From the NCBI GenBank assembly GCA_046484285.1, contig JAWOBP010000186.1, forward strand, positions 10,178 to 74,177: a DNA stretch of 64,000 nt. The letters run 5' to 3'. A program made the translations under genes and the position numbers. The stretch comes from Polyangia bacterium. GTDB taxonomy: Bacteria > Myxococcota_A > Polyangia > JAAYKL01. Positions within the stretch are counted from its first letter, which is position 1, and each line of letters begins with the position of its first letter. The notes beneath the pieces were generated by a model. That model saw nothing but the letters and a program-made list of their open reading frames with translations. It was not told where the DNA came from and made no database searches. Positions 45,492-54,983 of this stretch are shown in pieces.

Positions 45492-45655
45492 GCGGAATCT
45501 TCAACGTGATCGTGGGCTTGATCATGCTGGTGGGAGGGCTGTCGGGCAGGCTGGCTTTCTTCGGCACGAGCAGCTCCGGGATCCTGGCCGCGGTCGGAGT
45601 GGTGGTCACCGGGGTGGGGGTCTACCAGCTGGTCAAGAGTCGCCGGGGGCGATAG
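45488..45655 (+). CDS. small two-TM membrane protein, hypothetical
   Basis: MSGIFNVIVGLIMLVGGLSGRLAFFGTSSSGILAAVGVVVTGVGVYQLVKSRRGR; ATGA overlap with previous gene. Confidence 0.35.
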   Translation: MSGIFNVIVGLIMLVGGLSGRLAFFGTSSSGILAAVGVVVTGVGVYQLVKSRRGR

Positions 45656-45710
45656 ACTCGCCACCCCGAGCCCTGATGGCCTTACTACTGCTGCTGATCT
45701 TACCCCCTAA

Positions 45711-46562
45711 ACGGATCGCGTTGGCGCCTGGCTGGCCAAGAGCCTCGAGGAGCACGGCGACGGGATCGAGCTTTTCGCCTTCATCTTCCTGTCCAACCAC
45801 TTCCACCTGCTGCTGCGCGACACCAAGGGGCAGCTGGCCGAGTTCATGTACTACTTCCAGCTCAACCTGGCCAAGTCGGTCAACGAGCTGCTGGGCCGCC
45901 GCGGCCACTTCTTCGCTCGAAAGTACGACGCGGCGCCGGTGCTGACCGACGAGGACTTCGAGAACCGCTGGGCCTACATCGCGACCAACGCGGTCAAGGC
46001 CGGGCTGGTGGAGCGGGCGTCGTCGGGGCCGTTCTTCTCCTCGCTCGGGATGGCGCTCGACGGCAAGCCGCGCTCTTTCGAGTGGACGGACCGCACCGCG
46101 CTTCACAACCGGAGCCGTCGGGGCCAGCGGGTTGGTCGCGAGGAGGTGACGAGGAGGTACTCGCTCGAGCTGACGGTGCCGCCGCAGTGGCGCAAGCTGA
46201 GCAAGCGAGCGAGGCGGGAGCGGATGAAGGGTCTGGTCAGGGCCAACGAGGTACGCTACGGCCGCGAGCGTCGCGCCGAGGGTCGGAGCGTTCTGGGAGC
46301 GCGGCGAGTGTTGGAGCAGTCGCCGCTGATGCGACCGCGCAATCCTTCTCGCAGCCCGCGGGTCAAGGTGTTCTGCCGCGACCGGGAGCTGGAGGCAGCG
46401 CATCTTGAGATGGAGAAACAGACGGCGGGCCTGTACCGCGAGGAGCTCGGAGCGTTTCTCAAAGCGGCGCTGATGGGCAGGCGCACGCCTGCAGACTGGC
46501 CGCCGGGTACGTACCCGCCGTCCTCGCTGTGGCCGGTGGGCGCCCCGGCGGCGCCCTGCTGA
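45711..46562 (+). mobile_element. IS200/IS605-like (Y1, HuH) transposase gene, 5'-truncated remnant
   Basis: Frame opens right after an in-frame TAA (45708-45710) with no start codon; contains HuH motif LSNHFHLLL and conserved downstream region but lacks the usual approx 50-aa N-terminal part. Confidence 0.55.
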
Positions 46563-46849
46563 GGAGAGCTCGAATCAAGGCCGAGGCAAAAAGAAATGGC
46601 GCAGGCGAGCTGGATCGCAAGCGGCCGGCGCACCGCTGCATTTATTAGAACGACTATTGGCGAGAACGTCCGCCGGCCGGTCGGCGCGGCGAGTGAGTCT
46701 CGAGTGACCACCGGGCAAAAAGGGTCAAAAGGAGCCGACTCTGCCCACCTTGGAGTCGAACGCGCGCTGCAGAAACGTCAAACCGTCGGGAGAGATTGAG
46801 GTCAACGCCAAAAACAACAACGATTACAATTTGATCCGTGTAGTCCTTG

Positions 46850-46873
46850 TTCAAATTTGGGTTCAAATTTGGG
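46850..46873. repeat. tandem 12-bp repeat GTTCAAATTTGG x2 in AT-rich intergenic region
   Basis: Read directly, approx 45 nt upstream of the 46916 lipoprotein gene. Confidence 0.7.
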
Positions 46874-46915
46874 GCGCCAGCGCGCGGGGGCCAATTTTGT
46901 GCTAGGCTGCCGGCC

Positions 46916-47644
46916 ATGAGGATCTTCACGCGAATCGCGACGTTGCCGCTCGCGGCGCTGCTGGCCGCCTGCGGCGGGGACGAGGAGAGCGGAAAGCGGC
47001 CGGCGGAGAAGGAGCCGGCCGCGGCCGCCAAAGAGCCGGATCTTTCTGCCGACGAGCCCGAGCGGCCTGCTTCCGACAGGAAAGCCCCCAGCCCGGCCGA
47101 GCCCGCCCGGGCCGGAGCCGAGGTGCTCGACCGGCTGCCCAAGCCCCCGCCCGACCACGAGAAGACCGGCGCGGAGGATCGCGCGGCGCTGGCCGAGCTG
47201 TACGTGACCTTCGCCCAGAGCCCGGAGAAGTTCGTCGAGCGGGCGCGGGCGCTGTCCGACGAGCGGCGCCGCCAGCTGGCTGGCTACCTTTTCTGCGCGG
47301 CGCCCAAGCTCTCCGCGGCCGGAGCTCCCGGATCTGCGGCCGGCGCCCCGCGCGAGCTAGACCTGCCGCCGGGAACCTCGGATCTGATCGCCTTCGGCGG
47401 CTCGGAGAAGCACAAGCGCCAGATGTTCCTGCAGCAGCTGGCCGGCGAGTTTCTCGTGCTCGGACGCTGCTTGCAGTCGTTGGACGAGGACGGGGGAGAG
47501 ACGATCGAGAAGGTGATGCGGCGCCAGGGGCGAAATCTCCGGATGATGAAGGCGACCCGCGGAGCCGACGAGGTCGCCGCCTGGGAAGAGCGGATCGAGA
47601 AGGTGTTCCCCGAACTGCTGGCCGGCCTGATCCCGGAGTGCTGA
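46916..47644 (+). CDS. lipoprotein, hypothetical
   Basis: MRIFTRIATLPLAALLAACGG lipobox; Pro/Ala/Glu-rich linker then approx 150-aa domain. Confidence 0.5.
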   Translation: MRIFTRIATLPLAALLAACGGDEESGKRPAEKEPAAAAKEPDLSADEPERPASDRKAPSPAEPARAGAEVLDRLPKPPPDHEKTGAEDRAALAELYVTFAQSPEKFVERARALSDERRRQLAGYLFCAAPKLSAAGAPGSAAGAPRELDLPPGTSDLIAFGGSEKHKRQMFLQQLAGEFLVLGRCLQSLDEDGGETIEKVMRRQGRNLRMMKATRGADEVAAWEERIEKVFPELLAGLIPEC

Positions 47645-47724
47645 CGGCCTGAATCGCGGTTTGTAGATGCTGCCGGCGGTGTTGTGCGATTTCTGTGCGC
47701 GGCCGACGCCGGGGCGCTCGCGGC

Positions 47725-49041
47725 TCAGTCGACCGGCACGGAGGGACAGCCGAACTTGGCCGAGATCGTGTCGACGAAGCCGCCCTGGATTTCGGCGCAG
47801 GCATCCTCGCAGAAGGTGATCTCGGTGTGCTCTGCGTTGGCCCAGGTCCAGCCCGTGCCCACCAGGCAGTCCGGGTCGTAGGGGACCACGTCGCCGTCGA
47901 AGTAGAAATTGACGTTGTCCGGGTCGGCCGAGGCGTCGGGCTCGTCGAGTTCGAAGGTGCAGCTGATGATGCTGGCCGCGATCGTGTCCAGCGCGTTCTC
48001 CAGCGCGGCCTGGTCGAGCGCCTCGACGAACGAGGTGAACTGGGTGCCGCCCGCGGCCGCGATCGCGTTCAGCGCGGTCTCGTCGGCGTTCTCGGTGTAG
48101 CCGATCACCATCGTCTTGATCCCCGCGGTCAGCAGCGACTCGGTGCGATCGCTGAGCTCGTCGACCCAGCTGTTGGAACAGCTGTAGTTGCCCGAGGGGC
48201 CGCAGCAGTCGTCGCCGTCGGCCACGACCAGCAGGTAGGGATCGCCGGGCTGGGCGTCGGTGGTGAAGTTGGGCGCGTAGCTCGGATCGTCGAGCAGCTT
48301 GTCCATCTCCATCACCAGCGGATCCCCCGAGCCGGACTGCGGCGCGTGGGTGTCGAGCCAGCCGGAGATCGCGCTCTCCTGGCCCGCGGCGGTGTCGAAC
48401 CAGACCGGGTTGTCCACCGAGCAGCTCTGCGAGTACCAGTCGTCCGGGTAGGAGTCGAAGCCGAACAGGAAGTTGTCGGCGTAGTCGACCAGCCAGCTCT
48501 GGATCGCGGCTCTGGCGTGGTCGTACTTGGACGACGGGATCACCATCGAGCCGGACATGTCGAGCAGGATCATCAGCTTGACCGGTACGTACTCGATCGC
48601 GAAATCCTGCTCCGAGCAGACGGTGTCGGTGTCCGGCGTGACGTCGATCTCGTCGGTCTGCCCGTCGCAGTCGTCGTCCTCGCCGTTGTAGGGATCTTCC
48701 TGGGCGCCGGGGTGTTGATCCGGATCGTCGTCGTCGCAGTCGAAGTCGGCGCACCACCAGTCGCCGTCCTGGTCCACGCAATCCGGATCCGAGTCGCTGT
48801 CCGCGTCGGAATCGGAATCAGCGTCGGAGTCGGCGTCGGAGTCTCCGTCCGCGTCGGTATCTGAATCGGAATCAGCGTCGGAATCGGCGTCCGAGTCTCC
48901 GTCCGCGTCCGTGTCGGCATCGGAATCGGAATCGGCGTCCGCGTCCGTGTCCGTATCGGCGGGCTGATAGTCCGCGTCGCCGTTTTCGCAGGCGGCCGCG
49001 AGCAGAGCAACAGAGAACATCACCATTGGTCGTGAGATCAT
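47725..49041 (-). CDS. VWA-domain lipoprotein with Asp-rich repeat linker and Cys/Asp-rich (calcium-binding-like) module
   Basis: Lipobox LLAAAC; (DSDA/DTDA)n linker; DQDGDWW.. Cys-Asp module; MIDAS-like [11 protein letters not shown]. Confidence 0.7.
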   Translation of the reverse strand: MISRPMVMFSVALLAAACENGDADYQPADTDTDADADSDSDADTDADGDSDADSDADSDSDTDADGDSDADSDADSDSDADSDSDPDCVDQDGDWWCADFDCDDDDPDQHPGAQEDPYNGEDDDCDGQTDEIDVTPDTDTVCSEQDFAIEYVPVKLMILLDMSGSMVIPSSKYDHARAAIQSWLVDYADNFLFGFDSYPDDWYSQSCSVDNPVWFDTAAGQESAISGWLDTHAPQSGSGDPLVMEMDKLLDDPSYAPNFTTDAQPGDPYLLVVADGDDCCGPSGNYSCSNSWVDELSDRTESLLTAGIKTMVIGYTENADETALNAIAAAGGTQFTSFVEALDQAALENALDTIAASIISCTFELDEPDASADPDNVNFYFDGDVVPYDPDCLVGTGWTWANAEHTEITFCEDACAEIQGGFVDTISAKFGCPSVPVD

Positions 49042-49066
49042 CGTTTCACCTCCAGGGCCCGACTAC

Positions 49067-49079
49067 AATCATAACACAA
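49067..49079 (-). promoter_or_regulatory. extended -10-like motif TTGTGTTATGATT (minus strand) upstream of VWA lipoprotein gene
   Basis: Plus strand aatcataacacaa approx 26 nt upstream of start codon at 49041; identical 13-mer at 50914-50926. Confidence 0.35.
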
Positions 49080-49107
49080 AGGCGAGGCCCGTGGCGGTGT
49101 CGCGGCC

Positions 49108-50865
49108 TCAGTCCGGGGCGAACTGGAAGGTGTGCACGGGACGCTGCTCGAGCTCGGCCAGCGCCGCGGTCGTCTCCGGCGGGAACGCCACGCGCAGGAT
49201 CACGTTGCGGTCGTTCTCGGTTCCCGAGCCGTTCTCGCCGCTGCCGTCCTGTACGTCGTAGAGTCCATAGAAGCGACCTCCCGCCAGCACGGGCATCTCG
49301 CCGGGAATCTGGTAGTCGAGCATCGTGCAGTAGATGCTCCCGGTGCCGTCGCGCTCGTCCACCAGCTCCACGAGCCGCGTCTGCTGCGGCCAGATTGCGG
49401 TGGCCGAGGTCTCGATTTCCCAAAAGCCGTGCTCCGGGGGCAGACCTTCGGGAGCAGGGTGGGGCGTTACGCGGTTGAAGTGCGAGTGGCCTCCTACGTG
49501 CGCCACCACGCCCGGGTGGTCGATCAGCATCGCCGACAGCGCCTGGCGCTCGTCCTGGTCGTCGATGCTGTTCAAGCTGTGGTGAGCGGCGACGATCACC
49601 GGCCTGCCTTGGTTCTCCGCCGCGTCCAGCGCGGCCAGCAGCCACTCCTGGCGGGGCGCGTCGAACGTGCCCCACTGGCCGGAGTCGGAGACCGTGTCCA
49701 TCACGATCAGCGCAAGGGGCGAGCCCGGGAACGGTTCCTCTACCACGTAGCTCCCCCAGCCGGTGTCCAGATTCGACTGCTGGTAGCCGTGCCCGACCGG
49801 AGAGGTGATCGTGTCGAAGAAGACCGAGGTCCAGTCGTAGCGCCCGAAGAACGCGCGGTCGTAGTCCGGGATCACCTCGCTGCCGTCGAAGTACGCCTTG
49901 GGAGGCATGTAGCAGCGCTCGGGAATGAGCGACTCGGTCTGGTACCAGGGCTGCTCGAGGCAGACCGCGGTCACCGCGTCGTTCAGCCAGGACAGCGTCT
50001 GGTTCTTGTTGGCCGAGTCCCCGGCCGGATCGGCCAGCATCCACGAGACCAGCGGTCCATTGCCCAGCTCGAGCAGATCGTGGTTGCCGGGAGTCACGTA
50101 CCAGGGGATGTCCGCGGGGAATCCCTGGGCGATGAAGGGGTCGTGCGGGTCGTTGCCCGCGCCCGGGATCGGGTCGTCGTCGTCCCCGGAATCTGGATCG
50201 ACGATGCCCCCTTCGAACACGGTGTAGAACCATTCCAGCTCGTTGTGCTGGATGTTGTCCACCATGTCGCCGGTCAGCAGCGCGAAGTCGAAGCGGTGGT
50301 GGGCCGAGAACAGCCCGGCGGTGCGGACCGCCGCCTCGAGGAGTTGGGCGGTCAGGTTCTCCTGGTAGCGGTAGGAGGACTCGTAGAGCATGTCGCCGTG
50401 GATCAGGCGCGCGGGCGACTCCTCGTCGATGATCTGCGAGTCGGTGACGTGCCAGACGAACGCCAGCGACGACGGATCGCCGAGCGGATCGGCCTCGCTC
50501 TCACCGACGTCCAGGTCGTCGCGCTGCACGAACGGCTCGCCGGCTCCGATCTCGGTCAGGCCCCACTCGGAGCGATCCGGTCCTGCCAGGGGCTCGGCGG
50601 GCAGCAGCGGAAAGATCGTCTCTTCGAGAGTGGTGGGCGGACACGGAGGGAGCTCGCCGGTATCGGTGTCGGTTTCCGTGTCGGTCTCGCTCGCCGAGTC
50701 GCTCGAGGTGTCGCCGAAGGTGTCGCTGTCGAGCTGGGTGCCGGTCTCCGACGACGTGTCGTCCTCGGCAGAGCCCGACCCGCCCGATCCGCGGCAGCCG
50801 GAGATCGCCGTGATCGCGGCGAGAGAGAGAACGGCTGCGAGAGGGGAGGATGACGCTTTGGACAT
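49108..50865 (-). CDS. calcineurin-like metallophosphoesterase lipoprotein
   Basis: Lipobox AITAISGC; GDMVDNIQHNELEWF, GNHD, GHSH metallophosphatase motifs; Asp/Ser/Thr-rich linker after lipobox. Confidence 0.75.
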   Translation of the reverse strand: MSKASSSPLAAVLSLAAITAISGCRGSGGSGSAEDDTSSETGTQLDSDTFGDTSSDSASETDTETDTDTGELPPCPPTTLEETIFPLLPAEPLAGPDRSEWGLTEIGAGEPFVQRDDLDVGESEADPLGDPSSLAFVWHVTDSQIIDEESPARLIHGDMLYESSYRYQENLTAQLLEAAVRTAGLFSAHHRFDFALLTGDMVDNIQHNELEWFYTVFEGGIVDPDSGDDDDPIPGAGNDPHDPFIAQGFPADIPWYVTPGNHDLLELGNGPLVSWMLADPAGDSANKNQTLSWLNDAVTAVCLEQPWYQTESLIPERCYMPPKAYFDGSEVIPDYDRAFFGRYDWTSVFFDTITSPVGHGYQQSNLDTGWGSYVVEEPFPGSPLALIVMDTVSDSGQWGTFDAPRQEWLLAALDAAENQGRPVIVAAHHSLNSIDDQDERQALSAMLIDHPGVVAHVGGHSHFNRVTPHPAPEGLPPEHGFWEIETSATAIWPQQTRLVELVDERDGTGSIYCTMLDYQIPGEMPVLAGGRFYGLYDVQDGSGENGSGTENDRNVILRVAFPPETTAALAELEQRPVHTFQFAPD

Positions 50866-50913
50866 GAACGGCTCCGCGAGGCGCGATCGTCCGAGGACCG
50901 CGAATCTTCACCA

Positions 50914-50926
50914 AATCATAACACAA
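50914..50926 (-). promoter_or_regulatory. extended -10-like motif TTGTGTTATGATT (minus strand) upstream of metallophosphoesterase gene
   Basis: Plus strand aatcataacacaa approx 50 nt upstream of start at 50865. Confidence 0.35.
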
Positions 50927-50978
50927 GAGGCCCGCCGGACGCGCGACGGACCGGAGAAATCTCGGGAAATCGAGCTGC

Positions 50979-51449
50979 TCAGTCGGCCAGGACCTGCTCG
51001 ATCGCCAGCTCTCCCAGGCGCGGCAGGCGAGCGGCGACGAGGTCGGAGAGCTTTTCTCCGATCTCGACCCGCAACGGCTCGATCCCGACCACGGTGGTGC
51101 GGGGACGGCGGCCGACCAGCTCGACGAAGTGCAGGATCTCGAGGATGCCGACCTGGTGCAGCGAGGTCTGGTAGCGGTCCGGCGCGGCGGTGACGTCCTC
51201 GGCCTCGAAGCGGTAGATCGTTCCGGGCTCCTCGCCGCCGCGCACGCAGTCGATCACCACCAGCCGATCCTGCTCGGCGACGATGTCCATCAGTCCGAAG
51301 CCCTCGATTCCGCCGTCGAAGAGGCTGATGCCCGGCGGCGCTCCCGAGCGTTCCAGGCGGCGCACGGCGTGCACTCCGGCGCCCTCGTCGCAGAGCAGAA
51401 CGTTTCCCACGCCGAGGATGCCGCGGCGTTGCTTGGGTCGGTCGCTCAT
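50979..51449 (-). CDS. hupD: [NiFe] hydrogenase maturation endopeptidase (HyaD/HupD/HynC family)
   Basis: GVGNVLLCDEGAGVHAV N-terminus and overall 156-aa length typical of the family. Confidence 0.8.
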   Translation of the reverse strand: MSDRPKQRRGILGVGNVLLCDEGAGVHAVRRLERSGAPPGISLFDGGIEGFGLMDIVAEQDRLVVIDCVRGGEEPGTIYRFEAEDVTAAPDRYQTSLHQVGILEILHFVELVGRRPRTTVVGIEPLRVEIGEKLSDLVAARLPRLGELAIEQVLAD

Positions 51450-51471
51450 GACAGGAGAGCCTACCTCGAGA

Positions 51472-53037
51472 TCAGGTTCCGGTCACCGGGTCGACCACGT
51501 AGCGCCTCAGCTCGTTGGTGCGGGGGTGGATCATGTGGATCGCGCAGGCCAGGCAGGGATCGAAGGAGCGCACCACGCGCACCACGTTGATCGGGTTGTC
51601 CGTGTCGGGCACCGGGATCCCGATCAGCGACTCCTCGTATTGCCCGCGCACCCCGGACTCGTCGCGCGGAGAGGCGTTCCAGGTGGAGGGCACCACCGCC
51701 TGGTAGCGCTTGGTCTTGCCGCCCTCGATCGTTATCCAGTGACCGAGCGCGCCGCGCGGAGCGTCGTAGAAGCCGGCTCCCTCGCCCTTGTCCGGCGGAT
51801 CCCAGTGCTGCGTGTCGTGGATTTCGAAGCCCTTCTTGCCCATCTGGGATTCGAGCTGGTCGAGCCAGCCCTGCATCGCCTCGACCAGCAGCAGGTTCTC
51901 GAAGGCGCGGCTGGCGTGGCGCGCCACCACGCCCGGCTTGGCGCCTTTCTCGACCAGGCCCATCAGGTCCTTGTTCTTCATCACCAGCATCCGTGCCAGG
52001 GGACCGACCTCCATCGGCTTTCCGTCGTAGCGCGGCGCCTTGACGAAGCTGTAGGCGTTCTCCCTGTCGCGGTTGACTTCCTGCGTTCCCCGCGAGGGGT
52101 GGACCGGGTCCGCCTCCTCGTACCAGGCGTGCTCCACCGACTCGGTGATCTTCTTCTGATCGAACTTCCCTATCTTGGCCAGATCGCCGGTGATCACGCC
52201 CGGAGTGAAGAACGGATCGCCGCCGTCCTTCTGGTCGAACGCTCCGTAGGCCAGGTAGTTGGGATGTCCCTTGCCGAAGCCACTTTTTGCCAGCCCGAAG
52301 AGCGGGCCGGTGCCCAGCGCCACGACGTCCTTGGCGTAGACGTCGCGGGTGAAGGCGGCCGCCTTTGCGAGCAGCTCGCGGAACTGCTTGATCCGATCCT
52401 TGGTCGGGAGCTGGGTCACGCCGCCGGGCACGATGCTCTGGTAGTGCGGTGCGCGCCCGCCGAAGATCGCGCCCATCTTCTTGCAGAGCATCTGCATCTC
52501 GAGTGCGTCGAGGTAGTGCTTGACCAGCGTGGTGACCGTCTCCGGGTCCTTGACGCAGTGCTCGTCGGGCTCGTAGCGCGGCGTGAGCGGATGGGTGTCC
52601 TTGCTCTCGACCAGCGCGACGATCTTTTTCTTGACCGCCTCGAGCTTGGGATCCTTGCCCTTGTAGTCGGCGACCGCCATCACGTCGATGTAGTCGAGCG
52701 CCGAGAGGTGGTAGAAGTGCAGGATGTGGTCGTAGAGGTACTGGGCGCCCATCACCAGGTTGCGCAGCAGGCGTCCACCGCTCGGCACCTCGGCGCCGAA
52801 CGCCGAGTCGAGCGCCAGCGAGGACGCCATCGTGTGCACGCTGAAGCAGACGCCGCAAAAGCGGCTGGTCACGTAGGCGGCGTCGCGAGGATCCTTGCCT
52901 TCCAGCATCTTCTCGAAGCCGCGGTACATCGTGCCACTGCTCCAGGCGTCCTTGACCTTGCCGTCCTCCACCTCGACCTCAATGCGGAGATGGCCCTCGA
53001 TGCGCGTTACGGGGTCGATTGCGATCTTCTGGCTCAT
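51472..53037 (-). CDS. [NiFe] hydrogenase large subunit
   Basis: N-terminal SRFCGVCFSVH (RxCGxC) and C-terminal DPCLACAIH nickel-binding motifs; ATGA overlap with small subunit. Confidence 0.9.
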   Translation of the reverse strand: MSQKIAIDPVTRIEGHLRIEVEVEDGKVKDAWSSGTMYRGFEKMLEGKDPRDAAYVTSRFCGVCFSVHTMASSLALDSAFGAEVPSGGRLLRNLVMGAQYLYDHILHFYHLSALDYIDVMAVADYKGKDPKLEAVKKKIVALVESKDTHPLTPRYEPDEHCVKDPETVTTLVKHYLDALEMQMLCKKMGAIFGGRAPHYQSIVPGGVTQLPTKDRIKQFRELLAKAAAFTRDVYAKDVVALGTGPLFGLAKSGFGKGHPNYLAYGAFDQKDGGDPFFTPGVITGDLAKIGKFDQKKITESVEHAWYEEADPVHPSRGTQEVNRDRENAYSFVKAPRYDGKPMEVGPLARMLVMKNKDLMGLVEKGAKPGVVARHASRAFENLLLVEAMQGWLDQLESQMGKKGFEIHDTQHWDPPDKGEGAGFYDAPRGALGHWITIEGGKTKRYQAVVPSTWNASPRDESGVRGQYEESLIGIPVPDTDNPINVVRVVRSFDPCLACAIHMIHPRTNELRRYVVDPVTGT

Positions 53038-54050
53038 GCCGCACTCTCCTTCTTGTTGTTGATGAGATGAAGGTTATTCGCGTACAGCGGCGAGTGTTTC
53101 TCGTAGAAGGTCGGCTCGGCGCATCCCTGGCACGGAGAGCCGCACTCGATGCAGTAGTTGACGCCCCCGTTGTACTTCCTGGTTGGGCAGTCCGAGTAGG
53201 TCTCGCCTCCCTTGCAGCCCTTCTCGGCCAGGCACCACTCGGCCTGCTTGGGGTCGTTCCAGTCTTGCAGGTAGTTGCCCTCGTCGTAGTGCTTCTTGCG
53301 CTCGCACTGGTCGTGGATCGTCTTGGCGTAGAACATCTTGGGCCGGCCGTGCTCGTCCAGCGGCGGCGCCTTTTCGTTGGTCAGGTAGTAGACCAGGGTC
53401 TGCACCAGGTGATCGTGGTGTGCCGGGCACATCGGCAGGTTGATCACCGGCTTGTCCTTCACCATCTGGTTCACGCCCATTCCGCGGCTCGGCGTGGCGC
53501 CCGGAATGCCGCCGTAGGTCGCGCAGGCTCCGAGGGCCACGATCGCCGAGGCCTGCTCGGCGCACTCGAGCACGATCTTCTCGAAGGGCTTGCCGCCCAC
53601 CGTGCAGAAGCGGTCGTCGGCGCCGGGGATCGATCCCTCGACCACCAGGATGTAGCCGCCCTCGGCCAGCGTGTTTTCCAGCGCCTTCTCGCTGACGTGA
53701 CCGGAGGCGGCCATCACCGCCTCGTGGTAGCGAAGCGAGATCTTGTCCAGCAGGATCTCGGCGATCGGCGGGTCCTCGGCATTGAGGAACGAGATGCTGC
53801 AACCCGCGCAGTCCTGCCCCTGGAGCCAGATCACCGGCGGCTTGCCCGCGGCCTTCTCCAGCTTCTCGGCCACCTTCTCGGCGCTCGGGCCTTTCTTCTT
53901 CTCGTCGCCCGGCGCGCCCTCATCGTCGCCTCCGCAACCGACTAGCGCCAGCGATCCGGCCAGCCCGCCGCAGTAGTAGAGGAAGTCCCGCCGCGAGACA
54001 GAGCCGAAGACCAGCTTTTCACCGTCGTGCTCTTTTTTCTTGCGCCCCAT
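53034..54050 (-). CDS. [NiFe] hydrogenase small subunit with Tat signal peptide
   Basis: SRRDFLYYCGGLAGSLALVGC twin-arginine leader; FeS-cluster Cys ligands (GCSISF..., CIECGSPCQGC). Confidence 0.85.
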   Translation of the reverse strand: MGRKKKEHDGEKLVFGSVSRRDFLYYCGGLAGSLALVGCGGDDEGAPGDEKKKGPSAEKVAEKLEKAAGKPPVIWLQGQDCAGCSISFLNAEDPPIAEILLDKISLRYHEAVMAASGHVSEKALENTLAEGGYILVVEGSIPGADDRFCTVGGKPFEKIVLECAEQASAIVALGACATYGGIPGATPSRGMGVNQMVKDKPVINLPMCPAHHDHLVQTLVYYLTNEKAPPLDEHGRPKMFYAKTIHDQCERKKHYDEGNYLQDWNDPKQAEWCLAEKGCKGGETYSDCPTRKYNGGVNYCIECGSPCQGCAEPTFYEKHSPLYANNLHLINNKKESAA

Positions 54051-54139
54051 CTTTTTTCCTCCCGTGCGTCATTGTAGCTGTGTAGCTGTTCGTCGCTCAC
54101 CAGTAATAATAGATGGCAAGCACTATAGTATACAATTGT

Positions 54140-54190
54140 GAAAAATGAAACAGGAGAATGCGAGCCTTGCCCGGGCTGCTTGCGAGGAAG
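54140..54190 (-). terminator. candidate rho-independent terminator after lipoprotein gene / before hydrogenase promoter
   Basis: Minus-strand GC-rich inverted repeat (gcccgggc core) followed by U-rich tract (plus strand gaaaaatgaaa); sits in 170-nt AT-rich gap. Confidence 0.3.
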
Positions 54191-54219
54191 TGTAACAGGC
54201 TTGAGATAAAGAGTTTTTT

Positions 54220-54900
54220 TTACATCGGCATGTTCATGTTGAAGTCGATGCTGACCCCGGAGACATCGTTTCCGTCGTAGGTGAACTCCGGGCACTGGCC
54301 GGTGCCGAAGGCGACCGGGTCGCCCTGAGCCGGGCCGTCCGTGCTGCAGTCTCCGCCGGCCTCCTGCAGGAAGCCCGAAACCACGTAGGCCTCGTCCACG
54401 GTCAGCGCCTGCATGACGATGAACTCCATGTCGAACGGCTCGGGACCGCCTCCGGACAGGTCGAAGCCGGTCTCCTGGCCGCCGGCGAAGGTGGTGATCT
54501 GTCCCATGTTGGACATCGCGGGGCACTCGTCCGAGATCGCCAGGCAGAGAGTGCCGACTCCGTCTCCGCCGCTCGGGATGTCGGCGGACTGCGAGACCGT
54601 GCCCGAGACGTTGATTGTATCGAGCCAGGTTCCGGTCTCGGTGTCGGAGTCCGCGTCGGTGTCTGTGTCGGCGTCGGAGTCCGCGTCTGTGTCGGCGTCG
54701 GAGTCCGCGTCGGTGTCCGCATCGGCGTCGGTGTCGGCGTCGGTATCGGCGTCCGAGTCCGAGTCCGAGTCCGAGTCGGTGTCCGAGTCGGTGTCCGCGT
54801 CGGTACCGCCGCCGCTGTCGTCGTCGCCGCAGGTCGCGGTCCCGAGGGCGCACAGCGCCACGATTGCCAGCAGGGTGATCGATTTGGAGAGAATCTTCAT
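54220..54900 (-). CDS. lipoprotein with (Asp-Thr/Asp-Ser/Asp-Ala)n linker and C-terminal Cys-containing domain of unknown function
   Basis: [32 protein letters not shown](TDAD..)n; strong RBS GGAAGGAGGCGGAAG before ATG. Confidence 0.55.
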   Translation of the reverse strand: MKILSKSITLLAIVALCALGTATCGDDDSGGGTDADTDSDTDSDSDSDSDADTDADTDADADTDADSDADTDADSDADTDTDADSDTETGTWLDTINVSGTVSQSADIPSGGDGVGTLCLAISDECPAMSNMGQITTFAGGQETGFDLSGGGPEPFDMEFIVMQALTVDEAYVVSGFLQEAGGDCSTDGPAQGDPVAFGTGQCPEFTYDGNDVSGVSIDFNMNMPM

Positions 54901-54983
54901 CTTCCGCCTCCTTCCATGGTGTTCACGGCCATTGTGAGTCTTTTTGATGAGAAGTACACCTTGAGACAAAAAAGGACGGACGA

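Noticed and set aside
46640-46800. tRNA-like T-arm impression (..ggagtcgaacgcgcgc..) in the intergenic region after the IS200 fragment
   Set aside because: Could not build a cloverleaf: no complementary T-stem or acceptor stem on either strand; an integration-site tRNA would have been attractive but is not supported.
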